From Eledone cirrhosa (taxonomy: Eukaryota), in assembly GCA_964016885.1 (NCBI GenBank), contig OZ024744.1:26536001-26600000 (forward strand): DNA of 64,000 nt, in the 5' to 3' direction. Below the pieces are notes generated by a model. That model searched no databases and was not told where the DNA came from. It saw only the letters and a program-made list of their open reading frames with translations. Position numbers and translations under genes: made by a program. How positions within the stretch are numbered: position 1 is the first letter of the stretch; each line of letters starts with the position of its first letter. This document shows, in pieces, positions 23,913 through 36,007 of this stretch.

Positions 23913-26168
23913 CTAGCAATTTACCGGTCCGTCCGTCCAGCGCCCGACGACGCTGTTGGACGGCATGGACCTGCCTCTCCAGGTGCCGAGCTGCAAGCCC
24001 ACTAACTTTTCCTGGTTGATCACTGCTTTTATCACGGATTTGTATTCGCTTAGTGTAGTGCCGATCGCCTCGATGTGTTTGGCGTTCGACACCACTAAGA
24101 TGACATCGTCCGCATATGCTGACACGGAACTTCCGCATCCTAGTTCGCACAGAACCCCCCTCAGCGTTCCCAGTTTGTGCAGTAATGGCTCGAGAGTCAA
24201 TAAGTACAAGAGGGACGAGGGGAGACATCCTTGGCGGACCGAGCGCATGATGTTGAACGGTTCGGAAAGGTGACCGTTCACTCTCACCACAGAGCAGATG
24301 TCGCTGTGCATGGCAGCGATCCAGCCTCTAAAGACGGGCCCAAAGCCAGCCGCCCTCAGGACTGCCGCTAGGTAACGATGGCCGACCCTATCGAAAGCTT
24401 TCGACTGATCTAAATTGATCAAGGACCCACCCGTGCCAGGTTCCCCAGCTACCCTCTCTACGATGTATCGCATGAGGTGGAGGTTGTCGTGGATGGATCT
24501 GTCGGGAATGGCGCATGTCTGTGCCTCTCCCACCAGACCACCAACGACAAGCGCCAACCTCTTTGCTAGCACCTTGGCCAAAATCTTGAACTCTGTGTTT
24601 AGCAGAGTTATGGGCCTGACATTATCTATGTTATCCCCCTTGTTCGGATCCTTTCTCAGCAGCGCCACCGCTCCTCGGCTCACAGAGCTGGGAATTCTCC
24701 TGTTCTGTTGCCAGTTGCAGTAGACGTCCGCCAAGAGGCCTCCGAACAAGTTTGGCATTTGTACGTAAAGTTCATAGGGCAGACCATCCAAACCCGGCGA
24801 TTTACCCCTTGTGCAACTAGTCATTGCATCCCGTACTTCAGCGGTTGTTATCGGCTTTTCGCAACACTCCGCCTCAGTGGCCGAAAGCCGCGGCAGTCCG
24901 TCGAGGTAGACACTAAAGTCCATCCCTCGATCCGGCCCGCCACTGCCCCCGAACAGTTGAGCGAAGTGTCGCTGAAAAGCTTCACACATTTGCCCAGGAT
25001 CGAGTAGCATGCGCCCGTCGTGGTCCACCAAAGACCGGATCGTGGCTTTGTTGCCACGACGCGCCTCCGCCACTTGGGCCCATTGAACGGCTTTCGTCCC
25101 CTCGTGTCTGAGAACACGCACCCTAGCTCTGACAACGCAGCCTTCGTGCTTTGCATTGAAGAATTGGTCAAGGGCCAATTTCGCCGCAAGTACGTCGGTC
25201 GCGATGCCTTTGCTAAGCGACTCATCTAATTTTCTAACTAATTCTCCCTCTGCTCTATTTTTCTCTATTGCTAAAGTCTTACTAAACCTAATGGACTCTA
25301 TTCTAATTGCTCTTTTCAGAGCAAACCACCACTTGTTGTTGACGATGGCCCCCGTCAACGCCCGCTTAACTAGTTCGCTAATCCGGTCTCTGTAGGCCTT
25401 GCGCGCTGGTAAGGACGCGTTTAGCTTCCAGTAGCCGGGTCCTCGTCTATGAAGCCTATCTAAGTCAAGCACACAGATCACGAATTTGTGGTCCGTGTAG
25501 CTGACTATCTTGAATTGTGGACAGCCTATGCTAGACCTATCTATTTCCCTACAGAATACTCTATCTAGATATGATCTGGATGACCCTATGCGATTTGTCC
25601 AAGTCCACATTGGTACATTCGGGAAATCCAATCGGTACCTGTCAGACAGTTCAAAACGTCTGAGCAGGTTGGTGAGGCTCTTGCACCCTCCTTCCCTATC
25701 CACTAATCCCACACAATCCCAGCATGCATCTAAGATCCCGTTCCAGTCGCCCACTAACAATAAAGAGCGGGACGTTCCAAGAAAGGTCTCCAGACGCCGG
25801 AAGAAATCAGGCCGCCCTGCTCCTGTCGGGGCATAGACGGCCTCTAACCTGAAAGCTTGGCCGCCTCCGCTGGTCACGTCCAGCACCACCAACTTACCTT
25901 CTGGGTCCAGGAAGATGGCCCGTATGGCAAGATCCAAACCTCTCCGAAAAAGCACAGCAACTCCTCCCCCCGATCCCGGACGGCTGGGAGATGCGTACAC
26001 ATAGTAGCCGCCGAAGATCGGTGCGAAAGCTTGTGCTTCGGAGATTCTGGTCTCGCTGATGGCCACTAAATCTATGTTTAGTGACCTGAGGTCGTTGAGC
26101 AGGTGGCCCTGCTTCCATGACGACCCCAAGCCACGCGCATTTATGCTGCCTATTCTGAGTGAGGTCAT
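23913..26168 (-). CDS. Tx1 ORF2 APE endonuclease + reverse transcriptase (751 aa, frameshifted before the C-terminus)
   Basis: NARGL, SET, YAP, GDWN, YLDR, TDH, YWKLN, SPGLDG, DQSKAFD, VRQG and YADD motifs. Confidence 0.88.
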   Translation of the reverse strand: MTSLRIGSINARGLGSSWKQGHLLNDLRSLNIDLVAISETRISEAQAFAPIFGGYYVYASPSRPGSGGGVAVLFRRGLDLAIRAIFLDPEGKLVVLDVTSGGGQAFRLEAVYAPTGAGRPDFFRRLETFLGTSRSLLLVGDWNGILDACWDCVGLVDREGGCKSLTNLLRRFELSDRYRLDFPNVPMWTWTNRIGSSRSYLDRVFCREIDRSSIGCPQFKIVSYTDHKFVICVLDLDRLHRRGPGYWKLNASLPARKAYRDRISELVKRALTGAIVNNKWWFALKRAIRIESIRFSKTLAIEKNRAEGELVRKLDESLSKGIATDVLAAKLALDQFFNAKHEGCVVRARVRVLRHEGTKAVQWAQVAEARRGNKATIRSLVDHDGRMLLDPGQMCEAFQRHFAQLFGGSGGPDRGMDFSVYLDGLPRLSATEAECCEKPITTAEVRDAMTSCTRGKSPGLDGLPYELYVQMPNLFGGLLADVYCNWQQNRRIPSSVSRGAVALLRKDPNKGDNIDNVRPITLLNTEFKILAKVLAKRLALVVGGLVGEAQTCAIPDRSIHDNLHLMRYIVERVAGEPGTGGSLINLDQSKAFDRVGHRYLAAVLRAAGFGPVFRGWIAAMHSDICSVVRVNGHLSEPFNIMRSVRQGCLPSSLLYLLTLEPLLHKLGTLRGVLCELGCGSSVSAYADDVILVVSNAKHIEAIGTTLSEYKSVIKAVINQEKLVGLQLGTWRGRSMPSNSVVGRWTDGPVNC

Positions 26169-26202
26169 GTTGAAAAGGAGTGGAAAAGATGGGAAAGACC
26201 AC

Positions 26203-27651
26203 TTACCTTACTTCTCGTAGGGGAAGGACGGTTTTTCCATCCTTTTCAATGCTTGTGGCCTCCTCAGGAAGGATGCCCTTATAAATCCTCCTGGAGAGTG
26301 CTTGTCGGAAGTCTCCGATGTCTTTGGGGAATTTTTGTTTTAGTGTCATGTACGTTTTCTGTGTGATGCGAGTGATTTGTATGTGTGGAGGTGGTGTGAA
26401 TTTTGGGGTTGTTGTGTAGTCTTTTTCTGTGATGCTGGTGTTGTGTTGGATGTAGTGTAATAATTGCTTGTTCAAATTTAATGCTGTGTAGTGTGTATTG
26501 TTTTGGTTGTTTTGTTTTGTTTGCGTTTGTTGTGGTTTTGTTTCTGTTTCGCATTTTGGTGACTTTTGTGGTGTAGGTGATGGTGGTGTTGGGGTTAATG
26601 ATGGTGATGGTGTTGGTGTTTGGGTTGATGGGGTTGGTGATGCTGGTGTGGATGGTGGCATATCTGTCCTAACTCTTTTGTTTCTTAATTTATTTGTTTC
26701 CCTCTGTATTTTGTTTTTGGAGGGGGAAGGAAAAGAATTTTTTCTTTTTTGGTTTCTTTTTTTTTTGCCGGATATCATTTCCCACTCCTCGTCGTCACAA
26801 TCTGTCTCCAGTTGTGATAGGCCGGGGAGTGGAAAATCCTCCACAGCCGTTAGTTTTGGTTGTGGCGTGGTGGATGGTGTAGGCGCTGGTGCTAGTTCTG
26901 AAGCGTTGGGTGGTGGTGGTGTTGGTTTTGCTGGCGATGGTGGTGGTGGTGTTGGTTTTGCTACTGTTGCTGGGGTTGTTGCTGTTATAGTTGCTTCTGT
27001 TGTTGCTGCTACAGTTGTTGCTGCCATTTCTGCTACTGGTGGTGTTGATGGTTGTGTCACTGGGGTGGGTAGGAGAGGTGGCCTCAACCTTTTAGCCTGA
27101 GGGCAGTAAGCCCTTAGGTGGGTTCCTTCACCACAAACGACACACCTAGGTCTTCTGCCCTCGACAATTACCGTGAGGTGGCTGCCGTCAGTGAGGTCTA
27201 TTACCTCTGGGATCTCCTCAATGCTTTTTTGGTCCGCTTGGATCAGGAGCTCCATCCCAGATCCGGACCAGTTCTCCTGCTTTTCTTTTGCTATTGCTAT
27301 TATTTTCGTGTTGGCTTCGATGCCAGCGAGGACAGCCGCTATTAGCCAGGGAATTTCGATGGCCGGTGGAACGTGGGTCACCCTCATCTTTACGAGTCTC
27401 TGGCCACAATAGCGTGGGACGAGTGTGAAGTCGGCACTTCTTAATGGGGCCATGGAGTGTTCTCTAGCCTCCTCTGGTGTTTCAAAGAACACGTCCACGG
27501 TTCCATACTTTTGCCCACGTCTGATGTGGGATTTTCTTGCCCACACATGTCCCAAAGCTTTTTGGATTTGGGACTCGGATGCCCGTTCCACTCGGCGCGA
27601 TTTTACATTTATTGTTCTATACGACACGGTGCATAGGCGCCGATGCTCCAT
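26203..27651 (-). CDS. Tx1 ORF1, gag-like nucleic-acid-binding protein (482 aa)
   Basis: CX2CX4HX4C knuckle (CVVCGEGTHLRAYC), Pro/Thr-rich linker and basic patch. Lies directly upstream of ORF2. Confidence 0.8.
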   Translation of the reverse strand: MEHRRLCTVSYRTINVKSRRVERASESQIQKALGHVWARKSHIRRGQKYGTVDVFFETPEEAREHSMAPLRSADFTLVPRYCGQRLVKMRVTHVPPAIEIPWLIAAVLAGIEANTKIIAIAKEKQENWSGSGMELLIQADQKSIEEIPEVIDLTDGSHLTVIVEGRRPRCVVCGEGTHLRAYCPQAKRLRPPLLPTPVTQPSTPPVAEMAATTVAATTEATITATTPATVAKPTPPPPSPAKPTPPPPNASELAPAPTPSTTPQPKLTAVEDFPLPGLSQLETDCDDEEWEMISGKKKRNQKRKNSFPSPSKNKIQRETNKLRNKRVRTDMPPSTPASPTPSTQTPTPSPSLTPTPPSPTPQKSPKCETETKPQQTQTKQNNQNNTHYTALNLNKQLLHYIQHNTSITEKDYTTTPKFTPPPHIQITRITQKTYMTLKQKFPKDIGDFRQALSRRIYKGILPEEATSIEKDGKTVLPLREVR

Positions 27652-28199
27652 TTTATTAGGTGGGGGGTGAGGCTGACCCTGTACCCATCTTTCTTTACCA
27701 TTTGTTTGGCATTTTCTAAATCCTCCTGAGTTACCGTAATTGCTTCGAACTGTTTTGCTACTCTGGAGAAACTGAGGGGGGTGTTTATAATGTCATTGTT
27801 GTTGTTGTTGCTATCGTTAATATTAATTTTATTTTCAGTTGTGGTGGTGGTGACGTCAGTCGTCTTTAGTGGGGAAGAGTCCATTTTGCTTGATTTCATT
27901 TCGACATCACGAGTTAATTTATTTTTTTCTTCTTTTGTTTCTGTTGTCGCGGTGGTGGTGGTGGTGGTGGTGGTTGTCGCGGTGGTGGTGGTGGTGGAGG
28001 CTTTAACACCTGCAGTCATTGGTAATGGCGGGAAATGAATGTCTGCCTGAGACAAATTTAAAATATTGCTAGTGCTTATATTTTTTTTTGTGTTGGCAAA
28101 CGTAGTAACATTTACAATGGTGGTGTCGGTGTGAGGTGTTAATTTGTGAGGAAGGCTTTCAGCTGCTTCGTGCAGAGGTGAATTAGCCATTTTTTTCAA
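27609..28199 (-). CDS. Tx1 upstream ORF or N-terminal ORF1 extension (Thr/Asn-rich, 196 aa)
   Basis: Motifs HFPPLP and SFSRVAK are conserved in copy A. Overlaps ORF1 in a different frame. Confidence 0.5.
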   Translation of the reverse strand: MKKMANSPLHEAAESLPHKLTPHTDTTIVNVTTFANTKKNISTSNILNLSQADIHFPPLPMTAGVKASTTTTTATTTTTTTTTATTETKEEKNKLTRDVEMKSSKMDSSPLKTTDVTTTTTENKININDSNNNNNDIINTPLSFSRVAKQFEAITVTQEDLENAKQMVKKDGYRVSLTPHLIKWSIGAYAPCRIEQ

Positions 28200-28398
28200 A
28201 TAAATTTTTTTGATAATAATAAAAGTTTAAATTTTGGGCACAAGGCCCCAATCTTTTTGGGTGTCCTTTTCGGAAAACAATGTATGTGCGCTTATAAACA
28301 GTTAACAATAAAATTTTCCATGAATGACAATTTTTAACAAACGGAAATAACAAACATTTGCGGAGCTCACGATGATACGATTTACTACGTAGGTCGCC

Positions 28399-28452
<54 letters not shown>

Positions 28453-30686
28453 CGGTGAGATCGGTGAGCAGGCACACCAACAAACTGATTTGAGTATCAC
28501 AGTTGAAACTCTTAAGGGGCAGGCCAAAAAACTAACCAACTGGAAATCACCAGGCCCAGATGGTGTGCAGGGGTATTGGATTAAAAATATAACATCCCTC
28601 CACCCGAAACTGACAACCATGTTCAATGACTGCTTGATGTCAGGTGAGGTACCAGAGTGGTTGACAAAAGGTACCACAGTTCTGATAATGAAAGACCGAA
28701 TCAAGGGTAATGATGTTACCAACTATAGACCTATCACATGTCTGTCCGTAATGTGGAAACTGTTGACGAGCATTGTGTCTGAGGAAATCTACCATCACCT
28801 CCACACAAACAACTTGTTACCGGAAGAACAGAAAGGATGCCGAAAGAAGTCACGTGGTACAAAGGACCAGTTACTTATTGATAAGATGGTAATGGGGAAT
28901 TGCAGGAGGAGACACACTGATCTTGCCATGGGATGGATAGACTACAGAAAGGCATCTGACATGGTGCCTCATTCTTGGATCACCAAAAGCCTGGAGATCT
29001 TCAAAGTGGCAGATAACATCAGACAAGAGTATGAGGTCCTGGGAAACAGAGTTAACATCAACTGGAGAATCCTTGGGAAGCGTGAAGATCAAGAGAGGTA
29101 TCTTCCAGGGAGATAGCCTGTCCCCTCTGTTGTTTGTCCTTGCCCTGATGCCTCTGACCAGTGTACTGCGAAAAGTGAGAGCAGGATACGGGTTGGGAAA
29201 GGGAGGGCTTACCATCAATCACCTCCTTTTCATGGACGATCTTAAGCTCTTCGGGAAGAGTGAGAAGGAGTTGGATGTGCTTGTTGACACTGTCCGTATT
29301 TTCAGCAGTGATATATGTATGCAGTTTGGTATTAGTAAGTGTGGAGTCATTGTGATGAGGAAATTGACTCTGAGGAAGGATACAAGTATTTGGGCGTTCT
29401 GGAGGCTGATGGCATAAAGAACAAACAAATGAAGGAATTGTTAAGAACTGAATACATTCGGAGAGTAAGGAGCGTATTGAAGTCACATCTGAACAGCAGA
29501 AATGCCATAAGCGCAGTAAATTCCCGAGCTGTGTCTATTATTAGGTACAGTGCGGGAATTCTGAGATGGAATGTTGCTGAACAAAAAGAAATGGATAGGA
29601 AGACTAGGAAGCTATTGACTATCTACAATATGTTCCACAAGAGGAGTGATGTCGATAGACTCTACCTAAGGAGATATGAGGGTGGAAGAGGTCTTATCAG
29701 CATAGAGGAGTGTGTTCAGATGGAGAAAAACAACCTACACAAATATGTGACTGATAGTAAGGAGCCAATGCTCAGAACTGTACTGAAGGAGGGGACAATA
29801 GGCCAGGGGATGTCCAAGGAGGAAATAACATCAAGGAGAAAGAGCAGCCTTCAGGAAAAATCCCTTCATAGTACCTTCTTTGAGAAAACTGAATTCAGAG
29901 ATCCACAGACATGGAACTGGTTGAAAAGAGGAGACCTTAAAAAGGCTACAGAAGGAATGTTAATGGCTGCGCAGGAGCAGGCCCTCAAAACGAAGTGGTT
30001 GAAACACCATATTTACAAGGAGGAGGCTAGCCCACTGTGCAGGATCTGTGGAGAGAGAGAGAGGAGACTGTGGCTCACAATGTATCCGAGTGTAAACACC
30101 TAGCACAGACCCACTATAAGGGCTGGAGACATGATGTGATGGGCAGGGTGATCCACTGGCACCTGTGCAAAGTAAACAATTTACCACATTCTGATAAATG
30201 GTATGAGCATAAGCCAGAGGCGGTGATGGAGAACGATCAGGTGAAGGTGCTGTGGGATTTTAGGATACAGACGGACAAGAAACTGGAACACAATAGACCT
30301 GACCTGGTGGTTGTGGACAAAGAAAAAAGATCGTGCCTGATTGTGGATGTGGCCTGCCCGTTCGACACGAGAGTGCAAGAGAAGGAGCGGGAGAAAATTA
30401 ACCGATACCAGGACCTAAAGTGGGAGGTGAAAAGGATTTGGAACTGCCATGAAGTCAAAGTGATCCCGATTGTCATAGGCGCACTGGGGACTATCTCCAA
30501 AAGTTTTCAGGGATGGTTAAAGAAAATCGGCCCCTTCACGCTTTTTGGAACGCTTCAAAAGGCATGCTTGCTTGGAACAGCAAGAACCCTCCGATACGTC
30601 CTGAATATCTGAGGCTGCAGGTAGTGGCTTGATATTCAATCCAACGGACTTTCCAGTTAACCAACATCAATGACTGAGATTCAAGG
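28453..30686 (+). mobile_element. Dong/R4-like LINE family 1, 5'-truncated copy with small internal deletions
   Basis: WKSPGPDG, YRPITCL, EQKG, FQGDSLSP, FMDD, CCHC and RPD motifs. (AAT)n on both sides. Confidence 0.93.
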
Positions 30687-30695
30687 AATAACAAC

Positions 30696-30726
<31 letters not shown>

Positions 30727-32004
30727 GGAAGAAGACGCACGTGGTGGGTAGAAGGTCATGAAATCGCTCCCGTAAGTTTTTGATTTTTAACATATTTAAA
30801 TCAATTGTGAAATAACAATTCTTAGTATAAATGATACATAAAGCACCAGACTGAAGTCTCAGAAAAATTCGGATCCATAATATATTGTTATATCGCTCAA
30901 ATATTCAATTTTGTATTATACATTTTATATTCAAAAAAGAAAATGGTTATAAATGGAAGAAAACCCTCTCTGTCTACACTGTATAGAACAGCCAAATAAC
31001 AGCACTTTCACCAACACCACAAACTAGATACGCCAACTATCCCATCACTTCTCTGTGTACACTAAATACAACAGCCAGATAACGGCAATTTCACCACCAC
31101 CACCACCAATCCCAGCATAATAATTATAAATACTATTATTATTGTCTCAAGTTTTCACAAAATGTTTAATTCTAATATTAAGGATATATATGTCAACACA
31201 TATATTAAACATACGCGACTAACCGCATAGATTCACCGATCAAACAAACTACAGTCTATTCAACAAAACTCAGTAACGACAACGCCATCACTATAGTCAC
31301 CGCCGCCACCACTCCATCCATCATTGCTACCACTATCCCATCACCGCCGCCACCACTCCTTCATTGCTACCACCGCTATTCCCCCATTACCTTCTGTTAA
31401 CTTACGAAAGGGGAAGGTATCACTAGACAATATTAATAAACAATATTAATATTTAATTTTGGATCAGGAATGTTGGAGTCGAAAAGGAGGAAAATAACAA
31501 AATGACTAAATAGCTAAATAGCTAAAGATAATTTCACCACCAACACCACCACCACTACCACGCTAAAAACTCTAGTCAAGTTGCCTCAACCTCTATTTCT
31601 ACTTCAACTGCAACACCATCACTACAGTACTACCATCACATCACCACCACCACTGCCTCATTATCGCTACCGCCACTATTCTCTCCCACTACCTCCTGCT
31701 ACATCGTAGTGTCCCCACTAAAAGAGGAAGTAATCAAAATATATAAATAGACTGAATTGATGACCCGGTCAAAATCAAAAAACCAAAATCAAAATCAAAG
31801 CAGCACAGCAACAACGAAAGCGTAACGAAAAGAAAAATGAAGAGAAGATCAAACAGACGGACAGAGAAGGGAAGGGAAAAACTAAGTCAGACATTCAAAC
31901 ATTACATTACAATGAAACATATGCTTATTCATTTTTGGATTTTTTTTGCCTGTTTGTTTGTTTGTTTATTTATGTTCGTCTACAGCGTGATAATGCCACA
32001 CAAA

Positions 32005-35000
32005 AATCACCGGGAGTGACGAAATCACCGGTGGTTATGTAACCATACATTGGCCAATCTTCGATAAGAGTGTTTAAATGTCGAGCTTAAACAGTTCGAA
32101 TAACGGTGAAATGGAGACTAGAATGTCATGTGACAGACTCTCACCCAACAGGTGCTCCCTGGCTCAGCAGCAGGGACCTGGCTGTCAACCAAATACTGCT
32201 GGTGTCGGAGGAAGAAGAAGAAGGAAAGGGATCAGAACCAACTCGACGAAAGAATTGAATAGAACTGTTATGCAATGTTACCTGAAGAGTAACCCCAAGG
32301 AGAAAGGCTATAGGACACGGATGCATAACATCTGGAACGAGATTGGTCTATTTAAATTAGATGAACAAAAATTGGCCGGGCAGTCTCGGGTAATAAGAAC
32401 TAATGGGTGGATAAGCGAGCTGGAACTGGAGGAACTGAGCAGAGAGATTAGCTTGGAAATGGAGTGTGGAGTATGCCAGGCAAACGAGCCAGTGGGAAAT
32501 GAAGGTGAAGAGGTCGAGAGAACGGAGGAACCATCCGACGCAGACAATGATCTGAATGCTGAAATAAATAATACCTGGAATAGAGATACGGCCACTGAGG
32601 AGATGAATGCTAAAGGGCTAGGACAAGATTTGGTTGATATCCTAAACTTAGTGGTAGATGAATTGAACAATGGTAGTGGGAAACCTATGAACCTAAGATT
32701 TGTAGACAGGAAAAAGTTAAAAGAAACAACTGCTAAGGTAAACAACGTCATCCCATACCTTGAGGCGAGGAGCCTTCACCAGTGCAACAATATCCTCAAA
32801 GCAACAGCAAATACGGCGAGGAAATTACTTGGTATAAAAGCGAGAGGAAACAACAAACAAGAAAGATCAGAGCCTTGGTGGAAGAAACGACTAAGTGGTC
32901 AAATCAGGGAAATAAGAAATGACATTGGAAAGTTTGAGTCCCTACTGAATGGGACACTAAAAAACATAGACACTAAAAATAGACTGGAAATAAAGTACAA
33001 AACTAGGAGAAAAAAGCTAAATATTATCATAGAGGAACTGAAGCAACGCATTGTAGCAAAGAGTACAATAAATCAGGCGATACGAGAACAGAGTCAGTCA
33101 GTATAGACAGAACCGCATGTTTGACAACAATCAGAAGATGCTGTTTGGACAGCTTGAAGGGAAAGAAAGAGGCAACGACGTGATCCCTGAGGCGGAACAA
33201 ACTAAAACATTCTGGAGAAGAATATGGGAGCAGGATGTTAAACATAATGACCAGGCAGTGTGGATTGAGACAGTACAGAAGGAGATTAGTGAACAGGCAC
33301 ACCAACAAACTGATTTGAGTATCACAGTTGAAACTCTTAAGGAGCAGGCCAAAAACTAACAAACTGGAAATCACCAGGCCCGAATTGTGTGCAGGGGTAT
33401 TGGATTAAAAATATAACATCCCTCCACCCGAAACTGACAACCATGTTCAATGACTGCTTGATGTCAGGTGAGGTACCAGAGTGGTTGACAAAAGGTACCA
33501 CAGTTCTGATAATGAAAGACCGAATCAAGGGTAATAATGTTACCAAATATAGACCTATCACATGTCTGTCCGTAATGTGGAAACTGTTGACAAGCATTAT
33601 GTCTGAGGAAATCTACCATCACCTCCACACAAAAAACTTGTTACCGGACGAACAGAAAGGATACCGAAAGAAGTCACGTGGTACAAAGGACCAGTTACTT
33701 ATTGATAAGATGGTAATGAGGAATTGCAAGAGGAGACACACTGGTCTTGCCATGGGATGGATAGACTACAGAAAGGCATTTGACATGGTGCCTCATTCTT
33801 GGATCACCAAAAGCCTGCAGATCTTCAAGGTGGCAGATAACATCAGGCAGTTGTTGGGCAAAAGTATGAAGTCCTGGGAAACAGAGTTAACATTAGCTGG
33901 AGAAACCTTGGCAAGCGCGAAGATCAAGAGAGGTATCTTCCAGGGAGATAGTCTGTCCCCTCTGTGGATTGTCCTTGCCCTGATGCCCTTGACCAGTATA
34001 CTGCGAAAAGTGAGAGCAGGATACAGGTTGGGAAGGCAGGGCTTACCATCAATCACCTGCTCTTCGTGGACGATCTTAAGCTCTTCGGGAAGAGTGAGAA
34101 GGAGTTGGATGTGCTTGTTGAAACTGTCCGTATTTTCAGCAATGACATATGTATGCAATTTGGTATTAGTAAGTGTGGAGTCCTTGTGATGAAGCGGGGT
34201 GAATTGAGCAGAAGTAACGGAATTCAGGTACCAACAGGTGAGATGATAAAGGAAATTGACACTGAAGAAGGATAACATTATTTGGGTGTTCTGGAGGCTG
34301 ATGACATCAAGAACACAAAAATGAAGGAATTGATAAGAACTGAATACATTCGTAGAGTAAGGAGCGTATTAAAGTGACATCTGAACAGTAGGAATGCCAT
34401 AAGTGCAGTAAATTCCCGAGCTGTGTCTATTATTAGGTACAGTGCGGGAATTCTGAGATGGAATATTGCTGAACAAAAAGAAATGGATAGGAAGACTAGG
34501 AAGCTGTAGACTATCTACAACCTGTTCCACAAGAGGAGTGATGTCGATAGACTCTACTTAAGGAGATCTGAAGGTGGAAGAGGTCTTACCAGCATAGAGG
34601 ACTGTGTTCAGATGGAGAAAAACAACCTACACAAATACGTGACTGATAGTAAGGAGCCAATGCACAGAACTGTACTGAAGGAGAGGACAATAGACCAGGG
34701 GATGTCCAAGGAGGAAATAACATCAAGGAGAAAGAGCAGCCTTCAGGAAAAATCCCTTCATAGTACCTTCTTTGAGAAAACTGAATTCAGAGATCCACAG
34801 ACATGGAACTGGTTGAAAAGAGGAGACCTTAAAAAGGCTACAGAAGGAATGTTAACGGCTGCGCAAGAGCAGGCCCTCAAAACGAAGTGGTTGAAACACC
34901 ATATTTACAAGGAGGAGGCTAGCCCACTGTGCAGGATCTGTGGAGAGAGAGAGGAGACTGTGGCTCACATTGTATCCGAGTGTAAACACCTAGCCCAGAC

Positions 35001-35577
35001 TCACTATAAGGTCTGGAGACATGATGTGATGGGCAGGGTGATCCACTGGCACCTATGCAAAGTAAACAATTTATCACATTCTCAGAAGTGGTATGAGCAT
35101 AAGACAGAGTCGGTGATAGAAAACGATCAGGTGAAGGTGCTGTGGGATTTTAGGATACAGACGGACAAGACACTGGAACACAATAGACCTCACCTGGTGG
35201 TTGTGGACAAAGAAAAAAGATCGTGTCTGATTGTGGATGTGGCCTGCCCATTCGACACGATAGTGCAAGAGAAGGAGAGGGAGAAAATAAACCGATACCA
35301 GGACTTAAAGTGGGAGGTAAAAAGGATTTGGAACTGCCATGAAGTCAAAGTGGTCCCGATTGTCATAGGCGCAATAGGTACTATCTCAAAAGGTTTCCAG
35401 GAATGGTTAAAGAAAATTGGCCCCTTCACGCTTTTTGGAACGCTTCAAAAGGCATGCTTGCTGGGAACAGCAAGAACCCTCCAATACGTCCTGAATATCT
35501 GAGGCTGCAGGTAGTGGCTTGATATTCATTTCAACAAACTTTCCAGTTAACTAACATCAATGACTGAGACTCAAAGA
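32005..35577 (+). mobile_element. Dong/R4-like LINE family 1, near full-length degenerate copy
   Basis: N-terminal ORF 32078-33106 (EPWWKKRL), RT 33389-34275, RLE 34612-35502. Stops and frameshifts present. (AAT)n tail at 35580-35648. Confidence 0.92.
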
Positions 35578-35579
35578 AC

Positions 35580-35629
<50 letters not shown>

Positions 35630-36007
35630 TAATAATAATAATAATGATAAGAGAAAGGAAGAAAGGGGAAGGTGGCGGTATCACTAGACAAGGGAGAGGC
35701 TAGCAAAAGATATAAATAGATTGACCTAGTGACCCGGCCACCGGCCAAACATCAACAACTATGGCACTGCTTGCTCCCCCTTCCTCACCAACAATATAAA
35801 AAGCCCCAGCACCACCACCGACATAGCCAACAACATTAACAGGCAACTTCAGCAAAAAGTATATTATATTATTGTAATGCATTGGGTGATTGCTGGACTT
35901 GTGCCTGGAGTGGAGACAATTATTAATAATTTCATTCTTAAGCCACGCAATGCTCACATTAAGGAACCACTCATGATAATAACAATTTAAAAAAACAACA
36001 AAAAAGA

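Larger units (their letters stand above)
22630..28398 (-). mobile_element. Tx1/L1-clade LINE, copy C (best preserved; last ~130 bp of the 3'UTR missing)
   Basis: ORF1 26203-27651, ORF2 23913-26168 plus frameshifted 23185-23793 and 22751-23188. The 5' end abuts (AAT)n at 28399-28452. Confidence 0.95.

Noticed and set aside
26498-27100. Gly/Val-rich plus-strand ORFs (also 6073-6387 and 43930-44475)
   Set aside because: Antisense shadows of the Pro/Thr-rich Tx1 ORF1 linker.
30960-31740. CCA/CAC-rich diverged duplications as a possible exon
   Set aside because: Low-complexity sequence with no ORF or splice support.
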